DNA from: Candidatus Heimdallarchaeota archaeon
GTDB lineage: Archaea > Asgardarchaeota > Heimdallarchaeia > JABLTI01
Assembly (NCBI GenBank): GCA_018238155.1
Contig: JABCTZ010000032.1
Coordinates: 1 to 64,000, forward strand
Direction of reading: 5' to 3'
DNA: 64,000 nt
Shown here: in pieces, positions 9,876-19,584 of the stretch
Layout: each line of letters opens with the position of its first letter
Position numbering within the stretch: the first letter of the stretch is position 1
Position numbers and translations under genes: made by a program
Notes under the pieces: generated by a model
Databases searched by the model: none
The model's input: the letters and a program-made list of their open reading frames with translations, nothing else
Told to the model about the DNA's origin: nothing

Positions 9876-11789
9876 TTAAATTCCTCCTCTAAATAGAATT
9901 GATACTAAGATGACGAAGAATAGAACCGCCCACAGTATGATTCCTGCAGGAGCTTTCAATCTTGTCCAAGTAAAATAGTTGCTTAGAAATTTGAATGGTT
10001 TCAAAATTAGATAATTATTGATTTTTTCTAAATATAGCCCCTGTTCTATTACTGATTTCACCATTTTTGTTCCTCTGAAGTTTCTTATTGGAGTAAAGAT
10101 TTTTCCGATTCCATCTCGGTAAGCGAAGAACGTCCCTGCAAGAACTAAGGGTACTATTACAAGCATTATCATTGATATAACCCAATTGCCGAAAATCGGA
10201 AAATCATACCCTAAATCTAGATTTTTATTTAAAAATAATTTGAAAAATCCCGGGGAAGAAGTACCAATAATGATCAATATGAATCCCGCAAAGCAAGACC
10301 ATAATAGAACTAAACCTTCTGAAATCATTGACAGGATATCTATTGGTCTAATTGTGTACTCTTCATTCACGCCACCAAATAATATTTTCATTAATGACTT
10401 TCCTACTGCAAAAACAAGTACTATTGTTGCAATCATTGCTAATATCATGAGAGCCATGCTTGATGGAACAAGGCTTGTTCGTAATGATTCAAAGATCATA
10501 TCACGACTAAAGTAAGTGCTAAATGGAAACATTCCAACATAGCTTAAAATGGCAATAAAACCGAATATTTGTAAGATTGGAAATTGCTTTCCCAATCCGC
10601 CTATTCTTGAAATTTGCTTTGTTCGTAATGATTTGATTACCATTCCAAAGATAATAGTTAATGCAATGCTAGCTGCAGATCCAAGAATAAGATGATAATA
10701 TGTTGCTAGATACCCTAATTCATTTGCTGCGCTTAATCCTAAAAATGTTAAACTCAATTGGAAGAGTGAAGTACCAGTCATTATTCTATTAATATTCTTT
10801 GATGAAAAAATCACCACTAAACAGGTGACCATCGTTGCTATCGCGGTCCACCCAATGATCATAAATGGTGCACTATTGAATAATTCAGTTTCAAAGTGCA
10901 CTTCTAACCCTTTGTTTGAAAACATAGGAAAGAAAGCGCATATGATATAGAGACCTATATTACCCAAAGTGACTGAAATAAGAAATGAAGAAATCGGTAG
11001 TGGTGTTTTTGCCAAATCAGAATCAATTTCTTCTCCGGACAAGGGCCAAAGAAGTAATGGAAATTGTGCTGACTTAATGAGCGCACCAAGCACTATGAAG
11101 ATTTCAATTAGCAATCTGGTATTAGTACTCGTACCGCCAATAATTGTGTTGGGCGGTCGCATCCATGCAATCATTAACCTTTCATAAGTCAAAGTGTCGT
11201 ATGCTTTTCCTATTAAACCAATTCCAATTATTAATAGAATATCTCCAATGAAGTTAAATATGAAAAATCTTATAGCTGCTTTTCCAACTTTTTTCCCTTC
11301 TTCTCCTGATTTATTACTCCAATGTGAAATTAGGAAGAACCCTCCTAAACTTGCGATTGCAAAACCTGAAAACATCCACAATAGGTTATTTGAAAAGATT
11401 GCAAAAAGCATTCCACCTTGTGTTATTAGAAAGAAAAACCAATATTTTGTTTGATTTCTATCCCCTGACAAGTAATTGATAGAATAAAGACCTAGGAAAG
11501 CACTTAGGGCATTTATTAAACAAGTAAATCCAACCGATAATTCATTAATATGTATCCCCAAGTAAATATTCGGTAACCAAAGGAAATATTGATTTTGATG
11601 TAAGTGCATTTGCCATATTAGTAGCAGAGAAATTATTGATGTTGGAATCAAAATAACAATTACCAGAATCCAAGATCTTGTTTTCCCTTCTGCAACATAC
11701 CTATCCTCTATTTGTGAAAGTCCTAATGCTAATATTGCTCCAATAAATGGTAGTAATATTGTTACCCAAGCAAGTGCAATACCATTCAT
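9876..11789 (-). CDS. NuoL/MrpA-like antiporter-type membrane subunit (divergent)
   Basis: YSINYL, SNNLLWMF, IGDIL, IKSAQFPL, PLPISS, IGGLGKQFP, FSRDMI match NuoL. Confidence 0.88.
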   Translation of the reverse strand: MNGIALAWVTILLPFIGAILALGLSQIEDRYVAEGKTRSWILVIVILIPTSIISLLLIWQMHLHQNQYFLWLPNIYLGIHINELSVGFTCLINALSAFLGLYSINYLSGDRNQTKYWFFFLITQGGMLFAIFSNNLLWMFSGFAIASLGGFFLISHWSNKSGEEGKKVGKAAIRFFIFNFIGDILLIIGIGLIGKAYDTLTYERLMIAWMRPPNTIIGGTSTNTRLLIEIFIVLGALIKSAQFPLLLWPLSGEEIDSDLAKTPLPISSFLISVTLGNIGLYIICAFFPMFSNKGLEVHFETELFNSAPFMIIGWTAIATMVTCLVVIFSSKNINRIMTGTSLFQLSLTFLGLSAANELGYLATYYHLILGSAASIALTIIFGMVIKSLRTKQISRIGGLGKQFPILQIFGFIAILSYVGMFPFSTYFSRDMIFESLRTSLVPSSMALMILAMIATIVLVFAVGKSLMKILFGGVNEEYTIRPIDILSMISEGLVLLWSCFAGFILIIIGTSSPGFFKLFLNKNLDLGYDFPIFGNWVISMIMLVIVPLVLAGTFFAYRDGIGKIFTPIRNFRGTKMVKSVIEQGLYLEKINNYLILKPFKFLSNYFTWTRLKAPAGIILWAVLFFVILVSILFRGGI

Positions 11790-11792
11790 TTT

Positions 11793-12173
11793 TCAAACTT
11801 CCTCCTCAGTTAGAGTATTAGCTTCTTTGGTCTTATTTCCTTCTTGAATACTGAAATCGAAATCAAGCAGAGTTGATCCTTCATTAACCTCTCTCAATTT
11901 CTTGTCTAGACCAATCCCGATTATAACAAAAATTGCGCTCACGATTATAATAAAAAATGATAGTGTTTGTGCAAGTGGGTCTGAAAAAGTAATACTTTGA
12001 TTATTTGCTGCGCCAAAGGATAACAACAATAAATTTACTGCCATTAAAAGAATAACAATACCAAATACTACCTTTAGGAATTTTTTTGCTGTAATCAAAG
12101 AATAGATTCCAATACAAAAAAGTATCATTACTGCTAATATGGTATATGGGAATGGTGTAGTCCAATCTAACAC
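11793..12173 (-). CDS. NuoK/MrpC-like small membrane subunit
   Basis: 3 TM; LFCIGIYSLI, AVNLLLLSFG, DPLAQ; position in operon. Confidence 0.82.
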   Translation of the reverse strand: MLDWTTPFPYTILAVMILFCIGIYSLITAKKFLKVVFGIVILLMAVNLLLLSFGAANNQSITFSDPLAQTLSFFIIIVSAIFVIIGIGLDKKLREVNEGSTLLDFDFSIQEGNKTKEANTLTEEEV

Positions 12174-12571
12174 TAATAATATCTCCTTTCTTGTTGAGTT
12201 TGTCTTTCAGGTTGTTTTATTACTTCAAAATTGACAAGATAATAGGAACCCATTATTGCTAAAGTGAGTATTATTAAGATTAGGAGTAAATCATATACTC
12301 TAAATGTCCAAAGATTTCTTCCTATTTCTTGCCCTAAAATTGAATAATTTACTTCTGTCTGATTTGGTCCTGAATAAAAGGAATCTTGATTTATCTCAAG
12401 AAAAACCAAGAAAAAGACCATTCCAAATAATCCTGCGGTGATAATACCTATGCCACGTACAAACCACTGATTTAATCGTTCTATTTTTGCTTCAGTCATT
12501 ATTTCTCTCTCCCAGCTTAAAATCTCCTCATATCTTTTTGTACTGTACGTTTGCTTCTCAGCTTGGACCAA
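12173..12571 (-). CDS. NuoJ C-terminal-like membrane subunit
   Basis: 2 TM; IGRNLWTFRVYDLLLILIIL resembles the NuoJ/FpoJ C-terminal half; directly upstream of the K-like gene. Confidence 0.55.
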   Translation of the reverse strand: MVQAEKQTYSTKRYEEILSWEREIMTEAKIERLNQWFVRGIGIITAGLFGMVFFLVFLEINQDSFYSGPNQTEVNYSILGQEIGRNLWTFRVYDLLLILIILTLAIMGSYYLVNFEVIKQPERQTQQERRYY

Positions 12572-12933
12572 TCAATAACAGAAAGACAAATGAAAATAAT
12601 CACCAAGATTGCTAAGATAAAAGGCCACAAATCAGCAAGAACTAAAACTTCAAACAGACCGTATAGTGGAAATGCAAGTAAAATAATAATCATTTCAAAC
12701 ACAAGTATGTAAACGGTGTATTGATATAATTTATTTAAATGTTCATCTGAAATCTTTGTTGTTATTTTTCGATATTCCTGTGGTTTTTCTTCTACACCTT
12801 CTAGTTTTTGTTTAATTACTTTTCCAGTTATTGAAATAATTATTGCTGTTATAATCATAGCAGCTGCAAAACCAAAGGCCAATGCAACAATAATCGGCAA
12901 ATCTTGCAATTGTAAAGACATTATTCTTCCCAC
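12517..12933 (-). CDS. NuoA-like membrane subunit (divergent)
   Basis: 3 TM; YQYTVYILVFEMIIILL aligns to the NuoA FDVE helix; first gene of the operon; the ATG at 12921 may be the real start. Confidence 0.6.
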   Translation of the reverse strand: MGRIMSLQLQDLPIIVALAFGFAAAMIITAIIISITGKVIKQKLEGVEEKPQEYRKITTKISDEHLNKLYQYTVYILVFEMIIILLAFPLYGLFEVLVLADLWPFILAILVIIFICLSVIDWSKLRSKRTVQKDMRRF

Positions 12934-13150
12934 TTGTTATTTCTCTATTATGCATTAGTCTACTCTATTTATTAGCTAATTGGTTCCTTTTGAAGTAAAA
13001 TTTGCTGTAAATTTATTCCTTATTACAAAAGCTTTGATTAGAAGTTAACATTTGTTAATATCTGGTTTGTATAAATGTAATGTTGTAATAAAAAAATAAG
13101 CTCTTTTGAAAAAAAAGAAATCAAAACATCAAATAGTCTGAGGAATCAAA

Positions 13151-13888
13151 CTATATTTGATGCATCCATAATAAACTACGATAAACGTTTACAATTCGTT
13201 TTTTGAGTTCTACTGAAGCTTTTGATTCATTCATCTTTTCTAAGCCTTTGAGAACTTTACGACAATAATCACATTCTTCTCCATTCTCAACTTTCTTACT
13301 ATCTATATCAAGAATTACTTCAGATTCATAGTAATCTTTGAGTGATTGAGAAATACCAATTATGTCATAATCTCTTGGATCAACGAATGTTTCAGCATAC
13401 CAACTGATGCGTAAATCTTTCTTATGAACAAATAATTTCATAGTAGCTATTGCAATCTCCATAAGAGCTAAATCACCGACAACAACAACTGTTTTACCTG
13501 TCATTATTGGTTTCATGACATATTCAAGATTATTACCAAAAGTTCTGAGCATTAATGTAATACTTGCTCTTGCTTCAGTTTTTGCTCCAGGAGAACCTGC
13601 TGCTGCTGCCGCTGTTGAACCTGCTTGTGGCGTTGCTGCTGCCGCAGCTCTTGCTGATGCTTCTTCTCTACTGCTTCTTGCAATAGTAGAGGAACGATGT
13701 TGCCTCAAAGCTAAATTCTTATCTAAAAGTAAGGTAATGACATGATCATCATGAAGGTATGATACTTGCCATAGTCCACCTACTTGCGTTTTTAAATCGT
13801 CTACATAAATTGGTATGAAAATATCCTTTCCACACCCTTTACAAGTGAGCGATATTTCTTTTAATGGTACCCTGGCAGATGACAACAA
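13151..13888 (-). CDS. Hypothetical protein: CxxC...HxxH putative Zn domain, Ala-rich linker, possible cDENN-like domain
   Basis: CKGC...HDDH...LDKNLALR; linker AAAAATPQAGSTAAAAAGSPG; IMTGKTVVVVGD alpha/beta segment. Confidence 0.55.
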   Translation of the reverse strand: MLSSARVPLKEISLTCKGCGKDIFIPIYVDDLKTQVGGLWQVSYLHDDHVITLLLDKNLALRQHRSSTIARSSREEASARAAAAATPQAGSTAAAAAGSPGAKTEARASITLMLRTFGNNLEYVMKPIMTGKTVVVVGDLALMEIAIATMKLFVHKKDLRISWYAETFVDPRDYDIIGISQSLKDYYESEVILDIDSKKVENGEECDYCRKVLKGLEKMNESKASVELKKRIVNVYRSLLWMHQI

Positions 13889-13980
13889 TTTGCAACTCCA
13901 ACTAATTTACTTTTTTATTATAATAGATTGTTTTTTATTATGATATAATAATACTTGCTTATATTATTTTAAAGTTTTAT

Positions 13981-14006
13981 TTCAAATTTATTTGAATAAA
14001 TTTGAA
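13981..14006. promoter_or_regulatory. Perfect inverted repeat (12-bp arms, 2-nt spacer), candidate operator
   Basis: TTCAAATTTATT-TG-AATAAATTTGAA in the intergenic region between divergent genes. Confidence 0.45.
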
Positions 14007-14230
14007 TAGACTATATTGGTATCTTTGATAGTTGAAAGATAATAATTTTTTCCTAATATCCAAGTATTATTTACTATCTCTTTCATAAAGATAAAGCTTC
14101 TTTTTACGGCAAAAAACCGTTTAAAATATATACCCAAAACCAAACGCTAAAAAATTACTATTACCAATAATCACATATTCACCCAAAAGATTTTAAAATA
14201 AGTTTACTCGCAAAAGAATAATGCAATTCC

Positions 14231-14335
14231 GCCGGATTAGCTCAGTGGTAGAGCTCTCGGCTGTTAGAGGTTAACATTAACAGTCGACCTGCAGAAACCG
14301 GGTGGCCGCAGGTTCAAATCCTGCATCCGGCGCCA
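14231..14335 (+). tRNA. tRNA-Asn(GTT) with a 30-nt intron at 37/38 (14267-14296) and encoded CCA
   Basis: Acceptor GCCGGAT/ATCCGGC, G73, CCA; D arm AGCTCAGTGGTAGAGC; anticodon GTT at 14263-14265; T arm GCAGGTTCAAATCCTGC; bulge-helix-bulge CTGT/GCAG; TATA-like TTTTAAAATA at 14191-14200. Confidence 0.97.
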
Positions 14336-14372
14336 TCTTTTTATTTTTTCTCTTTAAAAGAGCCTGATTAAA

Positions 14373-14630
14373 TTAAAAATCTTCATCAATTTCATGTAGG
14401 ATGTCTAGTGCGTCTTTTAATCGATTATTGATATAGAAACTTAATTCACCATAATCCTCATTCTTCTGCATTCTAGAAATGTCTATTGCTGCATTTTCTA
14501 ACTGTCTATGTGCTGTTAACATGATTTCTTCCCGTTCTTTTTCCTCCTCTATTGTAGAGAATTTTGGCCCAACAAATAATGAACCATTCCCTACTGCTTT
14601 TACGAAGAAGAAATTGAAATATTCTGTCAT
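14373..14630 (-). CDS. Small hypothetical protein
   Basis: ATG start, 85 aa, acidic helical composition; no recognised motif. Confidence 0.5.
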   Translation of the reverse strand: MTEYFNFFFVKAVGNGSLFVGPKFSTIEEEKEREEIMLTAHRQLENAAIDISRMQKNEDYGELSFYINNRLKDALDILHEIDEDF

Positions 14631-14767
14631 TAAGTCAACACCGAGATTTTTTTTACTTTTCTCCTCTATAAAAACTATCTTCTTGAATATTCATAAAGAG
14701 CGATAGTCTTAAAGAATCCGCTAAAACACACTTTATCTATCGAATTATATTTTGCGGTTTGATTTAG

Positions 14768-15820
14768 ATGGCAGTTGTAAATGATGAAAATACTATCCAT
14801 CACTCTAAAAGAGAAGAAGAGATTCTTGAACAATTGAAGCTTGTAGAAGGTTCTAACCTTTGGACAATCACTTTAAGACGAATGAGACAAGATCAATTAG
14901 GTCTGTTTGGTTTGGGGTTAGTGCTTGGTTTATTTGTGGTAGCTATTGTTGCTTTTACACTACAAATGTATGATTCTTGGTTTGGACTTGCTAACCCAAC
15001 TGCTGATCCATGGGATGTACATAATTACTTTATTGAAATATGGATTCCAGGAACAGAAAAATACTTGCGTTTAATTGCACATCCTAAGCATATCATCGCA
15101 GGTGATGAAGGGCTTGTACCATGTATACAATACCCATTTGGAACTGATTTACTTGGTCATGATATCTTCTCACGGATGGTTTTTGGTACACCATTGTCTT
15201 TAGCATTGGGTGTTACAGGACAGTTACTAACAAGTTTTCTTGGTGCTGTTATTGGCGCTGTTTCGGGTTATTATGGCGGATTATTTGATGAAGTAGTTCA
15301 AAGAGTGAATGAAGTTGTTATGGGTCTTCCTGATTTTATTCTGTTTATATTTGCTGTCGCTCTTTTTGGAGAGGTATCCACCTTATTTGATGGAGGTTAT
15401 TACATTGTTGTGTTAACTATCCTTTCATTACTTGGTTGGGGTGGTACAAGTTTAATTGTACGAAGTACTGTACTAAGCTTAAAAGCAAGAGACTTTGTTG
15501 AAGCAGAAAGAGCTCTTGGAGCAAAAGATAGCAGAATTATATTCAAACATATTCTACCTAATGCATTGTCTCCACTTATCATCATTACAACCCTTGGTAT
15601 TGCTGGTACTATAATGAGTATTACAGCACTAGCTTTCTTTGGTTTAGGCGATCCTACTGCTGTTTCATGGGGTGATGATTTGGCCGCATATCGAGATCAA
15701 TTACTAAGTTATTGGTGGATGCCTACATTCCCTGCCATGATGATTTTTATTACAATGCTTGGGTTCAATCTAATGGGTGATGCGTTACGTGATGCCCTGG
15801 ATCCAAAGCTGAAAAGTTAG
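14768..15820 (+). CDS. Peptide ABC transporter permease (OppC/DppC family), stand-alone
   Basis: FGTDLLGHDIFSR, GAVSGYYGG, EAA loop FVEAERALGA, HILPNAL, FNLMGDALRDALDP. Confidence 0.92.
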   Translation: MAVVNDENTIHHSKREEEILEQLKLVEGSNLWTITLRRMRQDQLGLFGLGLVLGLFVVAIVAFTLQMYDSWFGLANPTADPWDVHNYFIEIWIPGTEKYLRLIAHPKHIIAGDEGLVPCIQYPFGTDLLGHDIFSRMVFGTPLSLALGVTGQLLTSFLGAVIGAVSGYYGGLFDEVVQRVNEVVMGLPDFILFIFAVALFGEVSTLFDGGYYIVVLTILSLLGWGGTSLIVRSTVLSLKARDFVEAERALGAKDSRIIFKHILPNALSPLIIITTLGIAGTIMSITALAFFGLGDPTAVSWGDDLAAYRDQLLSYWWMPTFPAMMIFITMLGFNLMGDALRDALDPKLKS

Positions 15821-15890
15821 ATTTTTATTTATTGGATAGGAAAAAATCTATCCAAATTTTTCCTTTTTTTATCTTCTTTACTGATTACCT

Positions 15891-16664
15891 TTATGTGAGT
15901 TTCACTACTTTCTGTCCGTTGAGTAACTCCTCGACTTCGTTGATGGAAGTAGGCACAGCTGATATTTTATTGACTTTACTACAAAATTCAATATCTTTTT
16001 TAAATCCTAATTTAACTAATTTTTGCCCATGTTTTGTTTTCAATAATATTTGGAATAGCGATTGCTTTTCAAGCAATTTCTCAAAATGCTCTAGTTCAGC
16101 ATCAATTTCTTTTGACAAAGATAATCCTGCTTTCTTGAATTCTTGTGCTATAATTAATCCGCCAATTTGATCTTCAGTAATTTCATTAGTTATTATTGTC
16201 CCTTCACTGTATGCGGGAATTATCACTATTGGAAAACTGTTTGTAGATAATGATTTGCAAATTTCCATAACTTTAGTAACCACTGCTTGAGCATTGATTG
16301 GTGAACCAATAATAATCACTCTTGATCCAATAGCTTCAACTGCTCTTTTTGATCCTGTTGATGATGTAAATGCTGCGCAATTATTTGATATCTCTTCTTG
16401 GTTGTTCATTTCAACAGGACTATTTCCATAATCAAATCCATTGAGCATTTCACAACCTCGTTCACCCATTAATAAACTATCAAATTCTTCTGCTGCTAAA
16501 CGTGTGTCCTCAACTTCTAATGCAACATAAATTGTTGTTATTCCTTTACTCATTGCCACGGGTATCGTTGTACTTGCTCTGAGAGTATCAACAATGATTG
16601 CAATACCTCCTTTGCTAGCTGCTAATTTAGAACCTTCATAATTTCCAAGAAGAACAATCGTCAT
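15891..16664 (-). CDS. comB: 2-phosphosulfolactate phosphatase family protein
   Basis: VDTLRASTTI, GERG, GFDYGNSP, TSSTGS, ED motif, GFKKDIEFC. Confidence 0.85.
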   Translation of the reverse strand: MTIVLLGNYEGSKLAASKGGIAIIVDTLRASTTIPVAMSKGITTIYVALEVEDTRLAAEEFDSLLMGERGCEMLNGFDYGNSPVEMNNQEEISNNCAAFTSSTGSKRAVEAIGSRVIIIGSPINAQAVVTKVMEICKSLSTNSFPIVIIPAYSEGTIITNEITEDQIGGLIIAQEFKKAGLSLSKEIDAELEHFEKLLEKQSLFQILLKTKHGQKLVKLGFKKDIEFCSKVNKISAVPTSINEVEELLNGQKVVKLT

Positions 16665-16946
16665 TTCTTTTCACATCTCTACAAAAATAAGATAACCTTA
16701 CTTTTAAGTGTAGCTTTCAGCCATTTTCTGCAAAAATAATTCCTCTAAATAGAAATAATGAAAAAGGGTAAATTCTATACTATCATTAAATTAGTTAAAT
16801 GAGCATGATATTGAGCTGCCGAAGTGAAATAGTTTCTATTTCTAATCGGTGTTATTATAAATCTAAAACAAACAAAAGAATCCGCCAAAAACGAAGACTG
16901 ACAGTACTTATGTATTTGGGATCCTATTATTAGGAGGACTATTAAC

Positions 16947-18047
16947 TTGACCTCGAAAGACGATATTCGACAATTTTTATTAGACAAGAAAGAATCAGAG
17001 ATACTTGAATTACTAAAGAAAGATAAGACGAATGTTCAAAAATTTATAATGGACATTGCAAGAAAAGATTCAGAATGGAAGTTTCGTAGAGATGCCGTTA
17101 AAATTTTAGGCAAAGCAGAAATTTCAGAATCAATTGAACTATTAAAAGAAATATTATTGAAAGATCATCTTACAGTTTTGAGAAAAACTGCTGCAAAAGC
17201 ATTGGGTAACCTCGGTGATGAAAAAGGAATACCTCCTTTACTTTCAGCTTTGCAAACATCAAAAGATCCTGCAATAATTGCTGAAGTATCATGTGCCTTA
17301 GGAGCACTCAAAGCTACTGATGCAGTAATTATTTTGGTAAGCATGTTACAATTAAATCCTGATGGTGAAATTAGAGAGCATGCCGCAGAAGCATTGGGCT
17401 TAATTGGTGATACAAAAGGTATTGACATATTGCTTGAAGCTTTAAATAATGACAAAGAGGATTGGGTAAGAGGGCGTGCTGCAGAAGCTCTAGGTTTAAT
17501 TGGTGATACAAAGGTTGTTCCTGACTTAGTCAAAGCACTTGAAGATGACCAAGGAATCGGCGTCTCAGTTCGCGTTGCAACTGCTTTAGGTAGATTAAAA
17601 GATAAAAGCGCAATTGAACCCTTGAAAGTTTATTTAGAAAAGGGTCAAAAGGTTGAAACGCGTAGAGCAATTGTTTATGCTTTAGGAGAAATTGGTGATA
17701 AGAAAGCTGCTGGTATATTTCTTAATTTATTAGAAAATGATGAAGATGCAACAATACGTTATTGGGCTTGCATTTCTCTTGGATTTATGCAATACAAGCG
17801 AGCTGCAAAGGTAATTGAGAGAATTCTATTAGAAGATGAAAGTGTTCGAGTTAGGCGTACTGCTGCCCTCTCTCTTGGTCAATTAGAACTCAAAACGAAG
17901 AAAGCTATTAACACACTTCTTACTGCTTCGAAAGAAGATAAAGATGAAGAGGTTCGAGTTAAGGCAAAAGAAACTATTAAGAAACTAGCAAAAACACATG
18001 GGTACAAAAATCAAACTGAGATGTTAAAAGATTTGGGCATAAAATAA
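16947..18047 (+). CDS. HEAT (PBS lyase-like) repeat protein
   Basis: Repeated (V/I)RxxAAxALGxIGD units of about 32 aa. Confidence 0.9.
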   Translation: MTSKDDIRQFLLDKKESEILELLKKDKTNVQKFIMDIARKDSEWKFRRDAVKILGKAEISESIELLKEILLKDHLTVLRKTAAKALGNLGDEKGIPPLLSALQTSKDPAIIAEVSCALGALKATDAVIILVSMLQLNPDGEIREHAAEALGLIGDTKGIDILLEALNNDKEDWVRGRAAEALGLIGDTKVVPDLVKALEDDQGIGVSVRVATALGRLKDKSAIEPLKVYLEKGQKVETRRAIVYALGEIGDKKAAGIFLNLLENDEDATIRYWACISLGFMQYKRAAKVIERILLEDESVRVRRTAALSLGQLELKTKKAINTLLTASKEDKDEEVRVKAKETIKKLAKTHGYKNQTEMLKDLGIK

Positions 18048-18144
18048 TCATTTTCTTTATTTTATCTCATCTTTTTTTCTATTTTTTTGTTTTTCATTTC
18101 AAAATAGCAGAAATAGATAAAAATTAATTAATATTTAATGAATT

Positions 18145-19584
18145 ATGAATGTTCAAGAGCTATCCATAACTTCAGTTGGTATTGATGTTGGTACATCTAC
18201 TTCACACATGGTTTTTTCTCGTTTACAACTAGTAAAACAAATGAGCCGTTCATCTAAAAAATTTGAAATAATAAATCGTGAGATAATATACAAAGGAAAT
18301 ATTTTTCTAACTCCTTTAGTTGATAAAGAGACCATTGATTTTGAAAGATTATCGATAATTCTTAACGGTGAATTTAAAAAAGCCGGAATAAGAAAAGATG
18401 AAATTGATACTGGCGCAGTTATCGTTACAGGTGAAACCGCTAAAAAGAAAAATGCTGAAAAAATCGTTAGTATGTTAGCTGCAGAAGCGGGTAAATTTGT
18501 TGCTGCAACTGCCGGACCAAATTTCGAGTCAGTAATTGCTGCAATGGGATCAGGTGCAACAATCCGTGCGAAAGAACTTAAGAAAACTATTATGAATATT
18601 GATACTGGTGGGGGGACCTCAAACATTGCTGTTGTTTCACCTAATGGAGATATTATTGACACTGCATGCATTAACGTAGGTGGGAGATTATTAGTAACAA
18701 AAGGCTCTGAACTTGTATTAGAAAAATACGAAGATGCCGCCAAAATTGTTGCTGATAGTTTGGGAATAGAATTAGTGATCGGTAAATCAATTGCTCAAAA
18801 AGATAAAGAAAGTATCTCAAAAGGATTAGTTGAAGCTCTTGTTGAAGTTATCACAAAGAAAGAACACATTTCTGAAATAGCTATGAAACTAATGATGACT
18901 CCTCTTTTAACTTTTGATGGAAAGGTTGATTATTATTCCTATTCTGGTGGAGTAGCAGAATATGTGTTTGGAAAAACAGATGAATATTTTGATGATATTG
19001 GACAGGAAGTTGCCCGAGAAATTAAAAAACAACATAAAAAAGCTAAACTAAAATTACTCGAACCACTCGAGTTAATTCGTGCTACAGTTATTGGAGCGGG
19101 ACAATATTCATTACAAGTTAGTGGTGCAACTACTTTAGTAACAGAAGACAATGAATTTCCAATAAGAAATATTCCCGTTATTGTTCCTTATCTTCCCCAA
19201 GAAAATCCAACACCAGACCAAATCAAAGAAGCAATCGACGTTGCCTATAAAAGGATTGATATGAAAGAAGGAGAAGCTCCTGTTGCGCTATCATTCCATA
19301 AAACAATTGGATTATCTTATGAACGTCTAAAATCATTTGCTATGAGCATAGTAAGTGCTGTTCCAACAATTGTTAAGAATAAGCTACCATTAATTTTAGT
19401 GTTCTCGGATGATATTGGTAATAGTGTTGGTAATGTTATGAAACGCGAAACAGAGTTGAAAACCAATATTATTTCAATTGATGAGCTTAATTTACGGGAA
19501 GGAGATTACATAGATATTGGTGAGCCAATGGCAAACAAACAAGTTGTTCCAGTAGTAGTAAAGACGCTTATCTTTCAGAATTAA
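18145..19584 (+). CDS. eutA: Ethanolamine ammonia-lyase reactivating factor EutA family (ASKHA ATPase)
   Basis: VGIDVGTSTSHMVFS, GAVIVTGETAKKKNA, FVAATAGPNFES, DTGGGTSN, INVGGRL, IRATVIGAG, GDYIDIGEP, VPVVVKTLIF. Confidence 0.92.
   Translation: MNVQELSITSVGIDVGTSTSHMVFSRLQLVKQMSRSSKKFEIINREIIYKGNIFLTPLVDKETIDFERLSIILNGEFKKAGIRKDEIDTGAVIVTGETAKKKNAEKIVSMLAAEAGKFVAATAGPNFESVIAAMGSGATIRAKELKKTIMNIDTGGGTSNIAVVSPNGDIIDTACINVGGRLLVTKGSELVLEKYEDAAKIVADSLGIELVIGKSIAQKDKESISKGLVEALVEVITKKEHISEIAMKLMMTPLLTFDGKVDYYSYSGGVAEYVFGKTDEYFDDIGQEVAREIKKQHKKAKLKLLEPLELIRATVIGAGQYSLQVSGATTLVTEDNEFPIRNIPVIVPYLPQENPTPDQIKEAIDVAYKRIDMKEGEAPVALSFHKTIGLSYERLKSFAMSIVSAVPTIVKNKLPLILVFSDDIGNSVGNVMKRETELKTNIISIDELNLREGDYIDIGEPMANKQVVPVVVKTLIFQN

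Noticed and set aside
14231-14700. tRNA-Asn as an integration site
   Set aside because: No integrase, and I saw no duplicated tRNA 3' end in the window
17380-17515. Near-duplicate DNA GCAGAAGC...TTAATTGGTGATACAAA
   Set aside because: Explained by two adjacent HEAT repeats (AAEALGLIGDTK); not a CRISPR or mobile repeat
18153-18743. Long antisense ORF inside eutA, and similar shadow ORFs in polC, nuoL-like, uvrA-like, pepF and at 63292-63717
   Set aside because: They lie opposite well-supported genes and have the Ser/Phe/Ile-rich composition typical of antisense frames
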